Assembly: GCF_006345805.1 (NCBI RefSeq)
Contig: NC_043016.1
Location: 19,344,001 to 19,408,000, forward strand
Length of the DNA stretch: 64,000 bases
Direction: 5' to 3'
Source of the DNA: Octopus sinensis
Taxonomy: Eukaryota
Shown: positions 13,143 to 26,941 of the stretch, piece after piece
Position numbering within the stretch: position 1 is the first letter of the stretch
Layout: every line of letters begins with the position of its first letter
Translations under genes and position numbers: made by a program
The notes under the pieces: model-generated
What the model was told of the DNA's origin: nothing
Databases searched by the model: none
Seen by the model: the letters and a program-made list of their open reading frames with translations, nothing else

Positions 13143-13355
13143 TTGTGTGTCTGTGTTTGTCCCCCTAGCATTGCTTGACAATCGATGCTGGTGTGTTTAC
13201 GTCCCCGTCACCTAGCGGTTCGGCAAAAAGAGACCGATAGAATAAGTACTGGGCTTACAAAGAATAAGTCCCGGGGTCGATTTGCTCGACTAAAGGCGGT
13301 GCTCCAGCATGGCCGCAGTCAACTGACTGAAACAAGTAAAAGAGAAAGAGAAAGA
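12936..13355 (+). mobile_element. SINE family A, full length
   Basis: Same head, body and tail as 10810-11207. Confidence 0.92.
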
Positions 13356-14325
13356 TATATATATTATATAATATATATTATTCTATATATGTGTATATAA
13401 AAGGTAGAATTATCTTTTAATAAAATTTTATCCCCGGGCTAGTTTTGAGTAAGAGAACACGTTTTGAATACCTGGCCGGTCCCTGTCTGTGATCGTTGCT
13501 TTTTCTTTAAGTTCTATTTGGTTGTTTCTCTGCTTGTATGCACATTTTTACTTAAATATTGTATCTTTTCCTTGCTTATCAGGTTTAAGCCTTTTGTAAT
13601 ATATATTATTTTCGTTTTCAATATTAATATGTATATGTAGAACTCTTTATGGCTTTATTGCGTTATATTCTACTATACACACGTGGCCTTGTTTACATTA
13701 TATTTCGTCTCGACCTGTTACTATTTCTTTAAGATTTTTATTTTTATGTTATCGTTTACTGCACATATAGGCTCCCATAGACATTGACATGTCTTTCTTT
13801 TTCTTTTTCGACTCTCTCACTTTTATTATTATTATATTTCCCTTTTACAACTTGTTTGAAAATATCCGATTTTTCCCTATTACCCCATCTGTATCCACCC
13901 TTATTATATCTTATTTTATTTTATATTGTTTTATTTTATTAAACCTTTTTTTGATGTTCTTCCAAAAATTCCTCACACTGATGAGAATGACATGCATAAA
14001 TTTAATTATAATTACTATGATTATAATTTTTTACTTACATATTTGTATTGTCTTTCGAAACGTGCGTATGTATTGAATCCAATTTTGTATTAAATCTAAT
14101 TTTGATTCAATATCTTTTTTCTCCATTTTTAATACTTGTCTATTGTATATTTATACCTATAACGAACTTTTTCAACTATTATTTTCATATTCTTATTACT
14201 TGCTCTGGCTGTTTTTTTTTTACGAATATGATGAATCTTTATTAGAAATCATTTTTCTCTCTTTTTGGATCGCTCAAAAGTTTGGATTGTTCTTTTTGAA
14301 CTTATTTTTTCTCATATATACAAAC

Positions 14326-14362
<37 letters not shown>

Positions 14363-14394
14363 CATGCCTGTGCCTATATATATATATACATATA

Positions 14395-14660
14395 TATTTC
14401 TTTTATTCTTTTATTGTTTCAGTCATTTGACTGCGGCCATGCTGGAGCACTGCCTTTAGTCGAAAAAATTTACCCCAGGACTTATTCTTTGTAAGCCTAG
14501 TACTTATTCTATCGGTGACTTTTGCCGAACCGCTAAGTTACGGGGACATCAGTTGCTAAGCGATGGTGGGGGACAAACACTGACACACAAACATATACAT
14601 TTATATAAGCATATACATACGACGGGCTTCTATCAGTTTCTGTTTACCAAATCCTCTCAC
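14395..14660 (-). mobile_element. SINE family A, 5'-truncated
   Basis: Reverse complement of the family A 3' half. Confidence 0.85.
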
Positions 14661-15298
14661 AGAGAACGGCGTTTTCTGTCTGTCCCTCTCTCTCTCCTTC
14701 ACTTTTCCGCCTTTGCTCTCTCATGGCTCGCACGTGACTGACGGCCATCTTTCTTCTCCTTACTTGAATTTCCTTCTTTCTCTCTGATCAGCCATAGGGG
14801 TTGGACGCATTCTTGTCTGTCTCCTGTCAGAGCTTGTTTCTCCACGTTCACCAACTTAACTCGTCTAGGCTTAGCAGCCGTTCCTGTCAGTTTTCACTGT
14901 CTTGATTTTGTTATCAACTTTGACTCTCCGTAAAATCCAAAATTTCATTTAATTTGCTTTGCGGGATCAACTGTTATGTCGAAAACGTATCTTGTGAAAT
15001 GCTCGAAATATGAAGTAGAAAAACAGCCAACAACTGATGAAGGGTCGTTTTTACGTGTTGCCTGTCTTGTTTTTCGTTTGTTTCTTTCGTTGTTCGCAAA
15101 AAAATTTGTATTCCACGTTGTCGTATTTTGTATTTCATGTTTTGTTTTCGTATTTTATATTTATTTTATGTTGTTTTACCGCTCGTGGTTCTGTGCCCAA
15201 ATATGCAGGTATATACAAATATATGTATGTACGTATATATGTGTATGTATGCATATATATTTATATATTATTTATATTATATATATATATAACGGCGG

Positions 15299-15398
15299 NN
15301 NNNNNNNNNNNNNNNNNNNNNNNNNNNNNNNNNNNNNNNNNNNNNNNNNNNNNNNNNNNNNNNNNNNNNNNNNNNNNNNNNNNNNNNNNNNNNNNNNN
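15299..15398. other. Scaffold gap (100 N, probably of unknown true size)
   Basis: Run of exactly 100 N. Confidence 0.99.
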
Positions 15399-15699
15399 GC
15401 CTGCTCGTGAAATAAGTGCAAGTGGCTGAGCACTCCACAGACACGTGTAACCTAACATAATCTCGGGAGATTCTGCGTGACAGAGAGAAATACAGGTACA
15501 GTTGAAACAGAAAGAAAGAGTGAGAGAAAGTTGTGGTGAAAGAGTACAGCAGGGTTCGCTACCAACCCTTACCGGAGCCTCGTGGAGCTTTGGGTGTTTT
15601 CGCTCAATAAACACTCACAACACCCGGTCAGGGAATCGAAACCGTGATCCTACAACCCGCGAATACGCTGCCCTAACCACTGGGCCATTGCGCCTCCAC
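15399..15699 (-). mobile_element. tRNA-derived SINE family C
   Basis: Minus-strand head gtggaggcgcaatggcccagtggttagggcagcg...ggtttcgattccctgaccggg (A box TGGCCCAGTGG, B box GGTTTCGATTCC). Truncated by the gap. Confidence 0.8.
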
Positions 15700-15761
15700 A
15701 TATCCACGTGTATATACGTATATTTGTGTGTGAGTTAAACACGTATACGTATATGTGTGCG

Positions 15762-15804
<43 letters not shown>

Positions 15805-16210
15805 TGTTTGTGTGGGTTGTGTGTGTGTGTGTGTGTGTGTGTGAGGGGTTTTAGTTCACTTGTGATCTAAACGAATATGGTACGTTGAGTAAATGCTTTA
15901 ATTGGTCGACCGCTTGGTTCCAAGATCACAGCTGAGGCTGGATCAAGGAATCTATATTAGGGTTCCATTATAGCAGGTATGTATTATATTAAAGGAATGC
16001 TCAAAACCAAGGCAGGACGAGTATCTCAAGTGATTTAGAATAATTTAATTGGGGTAAGGTGAATTTGAAGGCAGAAATGTAAGAAGAAATGTGAGAAAGG
16101 GAAGCAGTTAATGTGTTCAAAAATAGGGGAAAATAAGAGGAAAGTAAATGTTAAAAAAACTAGAAGAGAATGTTCTGCGGACGGAAAATTAAGAAGACTG
16201 ATGCCCAGGT

Positions 16211-16621
16211 AGGAAGGAAGGAAGGAAGGAAAGAAGGAAGGAAGTAAGGAAGGAAGGAAGGAAGGAAGGAAGGAAGGAAGGAAGGAAGGAAGCAAGGAAG
16301 GAAGCAAGGAAGGAAGCAAGGAAGGAAGGAAGCAAGAAAGCAAGGAAGGAAGGAAGGTAGGAAGGAAGGAAGCAAGCAAGCAAGCAAGCAAGGAAGGAAG
16401 GAAGAAAGGAAGGAAGCAAGGAAGGAAGCAAGGAAGGAAGCAAGGAAGGAAGCAAGGAAGGAAGGAAGGAAGAAAGGAAGCAAGGAAGCAAGGAAGAAAG
16501 CAGGGAAGGAAGGAAGCAAGGAAGGAAGCAAGCAAGCAAGCAAGCAAGGAAGGAAGGAAGGAAGGAAGGAAGGAAGAAAGGAAGGAAGGAAGGAAGGAAG
16601 AAAGCAGGGAAGGAAGGAAGG

Positions 16622-16663
<42 letters not shown>

Positions 16664-17572
16664 GAAGGAAGGAAGGAAGCAAGGAAGGAAGCAAGGAAGC
16701 AAGGAAGCAAGGAAGGAAGCAAGCAAGCAAGCAAGGAAGGAAGGAAGGAAGGAAGCAAGCAAGGAAGGAAGGAGGCAAGGAAGCAAGGAAGGAAGGAAGC
16801 AAGGAAGGAAGGAAGGAAGCAAGGAAGAAAGCAGGGAAGGAAGGAAGCAAGGAAGGAAGCAAGCAAGCAAGCAAGGAAGGAAGGAAGGAAGGGAGGGAGG
16901 AAGGAAGGAAGCAAGGAAGGAAGCAAGGAAGGAAGCAAGGAAGGAAGGAAGGAAGCAAGCAAGCAAGCAAGGAAGGAAGGAAGGAAGGAAGAAAGCAGGG
17001 AAGGAAGGAAGCAAGGAAGCAAGGAAGGAAGGAAGCAAGCAAGCAAGCAAGGAAGCAAGGAAGCAAGGAAGGAAGCAAGGAAGGAAGGAAGGAAGGAAGC
17101 AAGGAAGGAAGGAAGGAAGGAAGGAAAGAAGGAAGGAAGCAAGGAAGCAAGCAAGCAAGCAAGGAAAGAAGGAAGCAGGGAAGGAAGGAAGGAAGCAAGG
17201 AAGGAAGCAGGAAGGAAGCAAGGAAGCAAGGAAGGAAGGAAGGAAGCAAGCAAGCAAGCAAGCAAGGAAGGAAGGAAGGAAGAAAGCAAGCAAGCAAGGA
17301 AGCAAGGAAGCAAGGAAGCAAGGAAGGAAGGAAGCAAGGAAGGAAGCAAGGAAGGAAGGAAGGAAGAAAGCAAGGAAGGAAGGAAGCAAGGAAGGAAGGA
17401 AGGAAGGAAAGAAGGAAGGAAGGAAGGAAGGAAGCAAGCAAGCAAGCAAGCAAGGAAGGAAGCAGGGAAGGAAGGAAGGAAGCAAGGAAGGAAGCAAGGA
17501 AGGAAGGAAGCAAGGAAAGAAGCAAGGAAGGGAGGAAGGAAGCAAGGAAGGAAGGAAGGAAGGAAGGAAGGA
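16211..17572. repeat. About 1.4-kb compound (GGAA)/(GCAA) microsatellite
   Basis: Directly visible. Source of the spurious 418-529 aa LPSF ORFs. Confidence 0.97.
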
Positions 17573-17664
17573 GCAGATGTTTAGATGCATAAATCAGAAT
17601 GTATCTGTACCTGGAAGCAGTCATAAGGCAAAAACGGTGTGTATGAGTGTTGGTGTAGTGTACG

Positions 17665-17845
<181 letters not shown>

Positions 17846-18412
17846 CGCATGTATATGTGCATGCATGTATTTGTATGACGGAGTCAGTGAAGGGAACCAA
17901 ATGCGTTGCCGCAAGTTCAGATAGAATGGACACTTTACGCCGGATGTTTGTTCCAAATTCTTATGGAATATTTTGTTTTGTTTTGTTTTGTTTTTTGCTG
18001 TTTTTTTTATTTTACTTATTTGTCTATTTTTTTTTATATTTTATTTTACTATTTTGCTTTTGACGTTTAGAAGCCACTCAAAGGCAATGATGCAGTAGCC
18101 CTTTTAATAGGATGCCTTTCATGCTTTGATAGTAGCTTTGCTCTTCTGGTTTATGATCGACAGTAGCTTATGAGGATTTTGCTGGGTGCAACATACGTTA
18201 TTACAAAAGAAAAGGAAAACATAAGACTGTCGAGAGAAATTTCAGTGAGATTTTAAAATTGAAACCATTCTACAAATTGTGAAGTAAAAATGCCACAGCA
18301 AAACCCTCGACCGGTTATACGAAGAGCTACTAGGATGGATATTAACTGCTTACATTTCAGTACGAAATAGTCATGTCTTCCTTGAAAAGAAAATTCTGTT
18401 TTTAACCTAAAA

Positions 18413-18810
18413 ACTAGCAGTATCGCCCGGCGTTGTTTGGGTTTGTTTCGACCCTTTAGAATTGGAATTTTTGAAGAGTAAAAATTTTGCATTATGTAGC
18501 TTGTTATTCTCTTTAAGTGAACATTTTTCTTGTTGAAATACACCGAAAAATGGCGACATAGCAGTCAAAAAATCGTAAAAAATAGGGATTTTCATATAAA
18601 AAAAAAAGCACCTTTTTGATGTAAATAATTTTTGGTGTTAACATGGTTTGATTTGAATTTTTTTTTTCTACGGAAGGAAGAGCAAGCCTTTTTCTATCAT
18701 ACTCTCAATTTTGATCAACTTGCGCCGCAGGGTCACGGAGGAGATAGTGTTAGTTGAAGGCTACCAAACCTGCCATACACAGACAACTTCAGCTTTATAT
18801 AGAGAGAGAT
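18413..18810 (+). mobile_element. Non-autonomous Helentron-associated element (HINE/DINE-1-like)
   Basis: 5' ACTAGCAGTATCGCCCGGCGTTG..GGG hairpin start, 3' ...cacagacaacttcagctttatatagagagagat end, T-rich insertion site. Near-identical copy at 50918-51313. Confidence 0.75.
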
Positions 18811-21518
18811 TTGTAACAATAACACAGTGATGGGACATTAAAAGAGTTCAAGATAACTTCACTTTTTACATCAAAGAGTCACTAAAGGAAACCACAAATC
18901 GTTTAAAAACATACTGACTTCATGCTATCGATGATCGATTATGTCACTAAAAATATGTAGCATAAATTGATAAACTTCCTTTTTTTTTACATTGAATGTC
19001 TTATTGTATTGTGTTGTAACTACCATTTGCTAACAGATGGCAGTGACTAAGATCGATGGAAATAATGAAAGCTCTTGACTAAAATGGATCACTGTGTAAA
19101 AGGACATCAACAGGATACGGGAAAACATCTCAGTTATACGAGTATGATATTATTAAATGCAAAATAAATCATGAATTCACAGGCCACCAGCTGCAACTCT
19201 ATAATAAGCTACAGAGAATCCCTAGGAACTAGTGGAAGGAGACTCTTTTGTGAGACAACTAATGGCCTCTAAACGCGAACAACCAAGTATCAAGTCTACA
19301 CTTTGTCAGTGCAGGAAACTACAAGAAATTAGGACTGTTAAACCTCCAAACTACACACCGAATTAAAGGCCATACTATCAAAATTCTAACTTCTCATTTT
19401 CATGTTGAAAAAGCAGCCCAAGCGAGAGGTAACATTGTTCAATGAGATAGAGAACACTGTGTAACTTCTCTTCTAAAACTTATAACATGACCAGTGCAAT
19501 TCTCTTGACAGTACGAGAAATTCATATTACACAGGAAGATCTTCAAACAAAAACAAAAAAAGGAGAGAAACCACGGACCATTTGATGTGTCATACTAGTT
19601 AACAGGATAGTTATGCAGAAAACATTTGTTAAGAAACGGGAGAATTTATGACAGGCTCATAGCATGCATGAACGTTGGAGTGTATCAGTTTTCTTCAATA
19701 TATTTATCCAAGTAACAAATAATTTGATGATCGATGAACCGAAAAGAGAAAAGTGTATAAATTTGAGATACAGCTGCTCATCAAATGATCTGTTCTTGAG
19801 TCTACGTAGCAACATCGCCGAAATCTATTGACAATATGGCTGGGCTAAAAGGAAGTTCTAACTACTATAATCAATGCTATTAAAGACTGAAAACAATATG
19901 GTTCATACAGCTGTCGCTAAGACCTGAGACGACTACAATAGTGAAACTAAATCAGGTTATTATCATGAATATTCTAGAACTTCAGCTCATTTGTGCTGCT
20001 TTGTGTCCAAGCAGTATTGAGAAAATACCAAGGCCACATGTTAGAATCAGCAGAGAATAATGTCACTCACGTATTTCTGTTGATTGCCTGGAGCCGTATT
20101 TAGGAAATAATCATGACACCGAGAGACAGAACTGGTTGCAATATTCCCATGGGACACACTATTGGAATTTAGTAAGAATAACTGTTCTTATCTGGTAAAT
20201 AATCGAGGAAAGATTCTTGACTAGATGAGGAATGTGGATATCAATGGCCTTTCTGTCCACCCATCCCCACCCAACCAAGAATGATTAATGCTACAAGTGT
20301 AGGGAATACGACCGTACGTAAGGAGTTAGTGACATGTCTCCTTTTGAACGCCGCACGGTCGCCCCTAACAAAATAAGAAGCTAAATACATGATATAGAAT
20401 ACAGTGCCAAAAGGAATAAATGAGGACGACAACCGTTCTACTGTTTGAGAGAGAAGAAGACTTTATTTACAATGGGTACAAAGAGAGAGTGTGTGAGTGC
20501 TAGCAAGATAGAGCGTATGTGTGCATGCGACAAGTGTTTGTGTCTGTGTGTTCGTGTATGCGACAGAAGGTGAATGTGTATACAACAGAAATACAGAGCA
20601 TAAGATGAATGTCTCAGCATATTGAGTTAAGATGGAATTTGTTTTCCAGTTCTTAAATGAGGTACACGATAGCAAGTTCTATAACAAGATTTTGAGGTCA
20701 CGAGGCAGTACCGGTTACTACACATGTAGAAGTTGTGACTATTATGCCGTGCCGCGTCTCTTGATACAGAAAGTTCTTTTAGGTAGACTGTAACTGTTTC
20801 ACCTCGGTGAAATATTCACAAACAGCGTGGGTTTAAACCTGGACGATGTTGATGTGTACATATTGCTGAAGTCGACGGAGATGGAGACGACGTAAAGTTG
20901 AAGAACGACGATGGTGATGGCGGCGGCAGAGAAAGGCGTCGGAGATGGAGAACGTCCAGTCTGTCGCTAGAACTGGAACATGGCTGAGTGGCTCGATGGT
21001 CAGAGGTTAGTTCTGAAAAGGATTGGAACCTAAGACCGGTGTTGCTGGAACGTGGTTGAGTTGCCCTGTGGTCAGTGACTAGACCTTAGAAGGTCTAAAG
21101 CCAAAAGACATGGAATAGTGAATGCTGGCCTTTTTATCGGGTTTAGATGGCTCAAATGGAGGATCAGAAAAACAGTGTCACGAGACCTTATCCAAAGGCC
21201 GTGGTTGGTTGGCTTACACACTGGCCCGAAATAAGTCGAAAGACAAACTGCGCCAAATGCCAACCAATCAGAGCAGTGGACACAACAGGGTCAAACTAGC
21301 CAAAGATGGTTGTAATCTCAAACGAGATCATTCCTAATGTGTCACTCAAACAGTGAGGATATCAGATATGCTACGCAAGTATCTCAGAAGTAATGAGAAA
21401 TTTGTGCATATAGTTTAACAATGTGTGTTTATCTATGTATCAACTTTTCTTTCGATCTACTTTTCTTGCGGCGAGATAAACATTTAAAAACACAAAACGA
21501 ACGCCATCACCACTCACA

Positions 21519-21870
<352 letters not shown>

Positions 21871-22404
21871 CTCTCGCTTTGCCACTAACTTCTTCCTTTG
21901 AAGTAAGTGTGACACTCACCACAAGTATGTACGAAACCAAACAAAACTAAGTGTATTAATATTATTGATAATAATGGGGAAGCATCATAGCCATGTGCTG
22001 AGAGGAATTTTGGGAGGTTTGGATAATTGACCTTTGGAAACATGGGTGTTGTTCAACATCCTTAAACAACCCTTATTCAAGGACTTTTTGCATGGGCTAC
22101 TAGATCTGAAGAAAATTCTAACTGGACCCCACCTGCAAGGTCATGGTATGAGATCACCATATCGCGCACATATGGTTGTAATGTATGTGCCTTGTGTACC
22201 CTTATCAGATGGATAGTCATGAGGAGTATACTGGGCTTCGTATATTTTACCGCTGTGTCACATTGATGGCAAGCACTGCTCTGATCGTTTAATAATAATA
22301 ATAATAATAATGATAAGGAATACTGGAGTTGATTCATTCGAGTAAAAAAATTATTTAAGGCGGTGTCCCAGCGTGGCCGAAACAGATGGATAAAAAAATG
22401 TGAA

Positions 22405-23160
22405 TGCGTGTGGTTAAGGAGTTCGCTTTGCAACGACGTGGTTTAGGGTTCAGTTCCACTGCGCGGATCTTTGAACAAGTGCCTTTCACTATAATCCCGG
22501 CCCGACCAATACCTTGTGAGTGAATCTGGGAGAAGGAAACTGTGAGGACGCCTGTCGTATAGATATGCATATACTATGTGTATCTGTGTGTGTGTGTTTG
22601 TTCTCCTCCACCGCTTAACAACTGTTGTCGATTTGTTTACGCTCCCGTAATGTGGATCTTTTCGGTTTGACCGGCAGTTTTTTTTTTAAATAATTTCCAC
22701 GTAACTAAATACTTTCAAACTTCGTATACTGGTAGAATGTGTTTATGAAACATCTTTTTCTCTTGGCTTTATTGAGAAAATTCTATACTTTGTAAGATAT
22801 TTGTTGTTGTTTTTCTTCAATTTCTGCAATTTCAACCAGTTTATAAACAGATTGGGTTTATTTACATTTGTGAAGAAAAAAAAAGATACCTTTCTCCCCT
22901 AACCCTAACCCTAAAATAGATTGAAATGCAATAGATCGATACTAGGGTCATAATTATGGGTGACAATTTCATATGACACCGCTAGAAAAAAACTGCCGTT
23001 CAAACCGAAAAGATCCCGAACTGTAGCAGTTTGGCAAAAGAGACCGATAGAGCAAGTACCAGATTTTGAAAATAGTACTTGGCAGATTTCCTCGACTAAA
23101 TCCTTCAAAGTAGGGTCACAGCATAGTCGTAATTCACTGACTGAAACAAGTAAAAGACAA
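22405..23160 (+). mobile_element. Diverged SINE family A copy interrupted by a hAT MITE
   Basis: Head at about 22405-22560. The body resumes after 23016 (agcagtttggcaaaagagaccgatag...actgaaacaagtaaaaga). Confidence 0.7.
22654..23016 (-). mobile_element. hAT-type MITE carrying an internal TTAGGG tract
   Basis: TIR GGATCTTTTCGGTTTGA(A/C)CGGCAGTTTTTT at both ends. 8-bp flanks cgtaatgt / cgaactgt (degenerate TSD). Confidence 0.85.
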
Positions 23161-23247
23161 AACAGCGATCGTAATTTTATTAAAGATGACAATACATATC
23201 CTTTCAGGCTATACCCCGTGGAGACTGACCATTCCATTCCTATTCTG

Positions 23248-23676
23248 GGATCTTTTCGGTTTGAACGGCAGTTCTTTTCTTGCGGTGTCATATGAAATTG
23301 TCACCCATAACTATGACCCTAGAATCGATCTATTGCATTTCAATTTGTTTTAGGGTTAGGGTTAGGGTTAGGGGTGGGAGGAAGGGTATCTTTTTTTCTT
23401 CACAAATGTAAATAAACCCAATCTGTTTCTTAAACGAGGGACATTTTCATACGGCACAGAATGCTTTTTTTACCTCAATAGACACGTCAGTGATTGGTTT
23501 AAATTGCAGAAATTGAAGAAAAAAAACAACAAATATCTTACAAACAATAGAATTTTCTTAATAAAGCCAAGAGAAAAAGATGTTTTATAAACACATTCTA
23601 CCGGTATACGAAGTTTAAAATTTTTTAGTTACCTAGAAATTATGTTAAAAACTGCCGTTCAAACCGAAAAAAATCC
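23248..23676 (+). mobile_element. hAT-type MITE carrying (TTAGGG)4
   Basis: Same TIRs. Perfect 8-bp TSD ctattctg (23240-23247 and 23677-23684). Confidence 0.9.
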
Positions 23677-24282
23677 CTATTCTGTGAGAGATACTGATTG
23701 AACTAAAGGTAACCAAGACATATTCTGTTTCTTTCATCATTTCGTTTTAAAGACCAGATCCTCTACAATTTGCATTCGATCTTCAAACATATACAAAACG
23801 TACAAAAGTTATCTCCCTTGTGTTGAGATACATTTTTTTTTTTCTTTTAAATTTTAGGTATTCCTAAGACTGAAGTTTTACCCACTAATTGCTTGTGTAA
23901 ACCTAGTTAATTGACGTCTTAAACTCGCTTTATTACATACATTTAAGAATCGTCTGTATGACTAATAAATATCCGATGTTATATAGTATACAAGACGAGT
24001 GTGCGTTTGACAATAATTAGTTACGTCCCTTGCTTTTTTATCCCTTACGTCACGTCGTAGTGGAGCGATTGTTACACTTCTCGTACCCACGAAATTTAGG
24101 ATCTTTTGTCAGATTAAGTAAGATATTTAAATGTATGTTCGTGCTCATGTACGTACGAGCGTATGTGCGTGCATATGTATGTTTTTATCTTTTAGCTTTT
24201 ACTTTTTTCGGTCATTGGACTCTGGCCATGCTGGGGTACCGCCTTGAAATAGTTAGTCGAACACTAATACATTTATCAGGTA

Positions 24283-24381
24283 TCTTGGGGAAATTTCGAA
24301 CCTCATTCTAAGGTATTTTTCGATGTTGTTGTTGTTGTTGTTATTATCATTATCATTATTTTTTTAGTAGTAGTAGTAGTG

Positions 24382-24428
<47 letters not shown>

Positions 24429-24477
24429 CAACTCCAAGATTTCGAGTTCGATTCCAGGCAGTGACCTGAATAATAAC

Positions 24478-24511
<34 letters not shown>

Positions 24512-24549
24512 TAATAATAATAATAATAATAATAGTAATAGTAATAATA

Positions 24550-24601
<52 letters not shown>

Positions 24602-24775
24602 CAACAAAAAACAACAACAACAACAACATTGAAAAATACCTTAGGAATGAGAGCCCAAGTTCGAAATTTCCCCAAGACCCCTGATGAAGGCTCGAGGGTA
24701 TAACAGTCGAAAAGTTGTGTTAACAACAAATAAGATGAGGACAAATATCCGTCAAATGTAAAAGAGGGAATTTTT
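24283..24775. mobile_element. Repeat with a partial B-box head, (TAG)n/(AAT)n/(CAA)n tracts and a Penelope-like ctgatgaagg...cgaaa tail, with an inverted partial copy
   Basis: gagttcgattcc B-box-like motif at about 24444. 24283-24340 is the inverted copy of about 24612-24677. Confidence 0.5.
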
Positions 24776-25045
24776 TAAAGTTTACTTCAAGTCTTTTTTT
24801 GCGGATGGCATTGTAAATTGTTTTAGCAACACCACCGTGCCGCATAGGGATATAGTACCGTGTCAACATTTTAGGACGGCTGCTAATCACATGTGTGATG
24901 ACTTCTACAGAGACATGACATAGACTACACATGTAGTTGGACCTTGGGATTACAAGAGCATCACTGTCTCATCTGGTCACCAGGTACTTTGTGGCAATCT
25001 CCTGTTCTAGGATTGCAAACTCAAAGTCTTCAAAGTGTGATGTGA
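24775..25045 (-). mobile_element. R4/Dong-like LINE fragment (CCHC region)
   Basis: FAILEQEIATKYLVTR and CSLCHVSVEVITHVISSRPKMLTRYYIPMRHGGVAKTIYNAI. Confidence 0.75.
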
Positions 25046-26522
25046 TGTATGTATGCATGCATGCATGTATGTATGTATGTATGTATGTATGTATGTATGT
25101 ATGTATGTATGTATGTATGTATGTATGTATGTATGTATGTGTGTATGTATGTATGTATGTGTGTATGTATGTATGTATGTATGCATGCATGTATGAATGT
25201 ATGTATGAATGTATGTATGTATGTATGCATGTATGTATGCATTTATGTATGTATGTATGTATGCATGCATGTATGTATTATGCATTTACGTATGTATGTA
25301 TGTATGTTTGTATGTATGCATGCATGCATGTATGTATGTATGTATGTATGTATGTATGCATTTACGTATGTATGTATGTATGTGTGTATGTATGTATGTA
25401 TGTATGCATGTATGCATGCATGTATGAATGTATGTATGTATGTATGCATGTATGTATGCATGTATGTATACATTTATGTATGTATGTATGTATGCATGCA
25501 TGTATGTATGTATGCATTTACGTATGTATGTATGTATGTATGTTTATATGTATGCATGCATGCATGTATGTATGTATGTATGCATTTACGTATGTATGTA
25601 TGTATGTATGTATGTATGCATGTATGTGTGTATGCATGTATGTATATTTGTATGCATGCATGTATGTATGTATGTATGTGTGTATGTATGTATGTATGTA
25701 TGTATGTAATGTATGTATGTATGTAAGTATGTATGTATGCATGCATGTATGTATGTATGTATGTGTGTATGTATGTATGCATGTATGTATGTATGTATGC
25801 ATGTATGTATGCATGTATGTATGTATGCATTTATGTATGCATGCATTTATGTATGTATGTATGCATGCATGTATGTATGTATGTATGTATGTATGAATGC
25901 ATGCATTTATGTATGTATGTATGCATGCATTTATGTATGTATGTATGTATGCATGCATTTATGTATGTATGTATGTATGCATGCATTTATGTATGTATGT
26001 ATGCATGTATGTATGTATACATTTATGTATGTATGTATGCATGCATGTATGTATGTATGTATGTATGCATGTATGTATGCATGCATGTATGTATGTATGC
26101 ATGCATGCATGTATGTATGCATGTATGTATGCATTTATGTATGTATGTATGTATGTATGCATGAAGTATGTATGTTTGTATGTATGCATGCAGTATGTAT
26201 GCATGCATGTATGTATGTATGCATGCATGCATGTATGTATGCATGTATGTATGCATTTATGTATGTATGTATGTATGTATGCATGAATGTATGTATGTTT
26301 GTATGTATGCATGCATGTATGTATGCATGTATGTATGTATGTATGCATTTACGTATGTATGTATGTATGTATGTATGCATGTATGTGTGTATGCATGTTT
26401 GTATATTTGTATGTAGGCATGTATGTATGTAGCATGTATGTATGTATGTATGTATGTATGTATGCATTTACGTATGTATGTATGTATGCATGTATGTATG
26501 TATGCATGTATGTATACGTATG
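25046..26522. repeat. About 1.5-kb (TATG)n/(CATG)n compound microsatellite
   Basis: Directly visible. Source of the MYVC/HTYI ORFs. Confidence 0.97.
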
Positions 26523-26755
26523 TGTGTCTATGTGTAAACCGGGAATGTTTTTTTTTTAACAGGTTTTTACTTTTGTCAGAAGATATACATGTGGCGCATG
26601 CGCGTGTGTGCGTAGGTGTAGGTTGTATTGTTAAATTGAGAGACGAATGAAATTTTAGAATTTCGCTTCGTAATTTTGTGACCACGTGATTTCTTTCTTT
26701 TGATTTTTGTGCGACTCCTACGGTGAGCGTCTTCAATTACACTAGATTGTGCTTG

Positions 26756-26830
<75 letters not shown>

Positions 26831-26941
26831 GTGTGTGTATGTGTGTGTGTGTGTGTGTGTTGTGTGTGTGTGAATGCGTGTGTGTTTGTGTGTATGCGTG
26901 TATGTGTGCGCGCGCGCGCGTGGGTGAGTGAGTGTCTATAT

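Noticed and set aside
13430-15200. Penelope-like remnants (ctgatgag...cgaaacg at about 13980-14062; ctgatgaaggg at about 15033)
   Set aside because: Only short motif resemblance; no translatable RT or GIY-YIG domain.
16035-17624. 418-529 aa ORFs rich in LPSF/LAC
   Set aside because: Translation of the GGAA/GCAA microsatellite; no stop codons are possible in those frames.
20400-21300. Possible LTR/Gypsy remnant (minus-strand tgtagtaacc..., AATAAA at about 20463)
   Set aside because: No second LTR, PPT, TSD or convincing integrase motif could be identified by eye.
24937-26736. Many MYVC/HTYI-repeat ORFs (also at 30109-30672, 31669-32249, 40487-41734, 43477-44564 and 53498-54158)
   Set aside because: Artefacts of (TATG)n/(CATA)n arrays.
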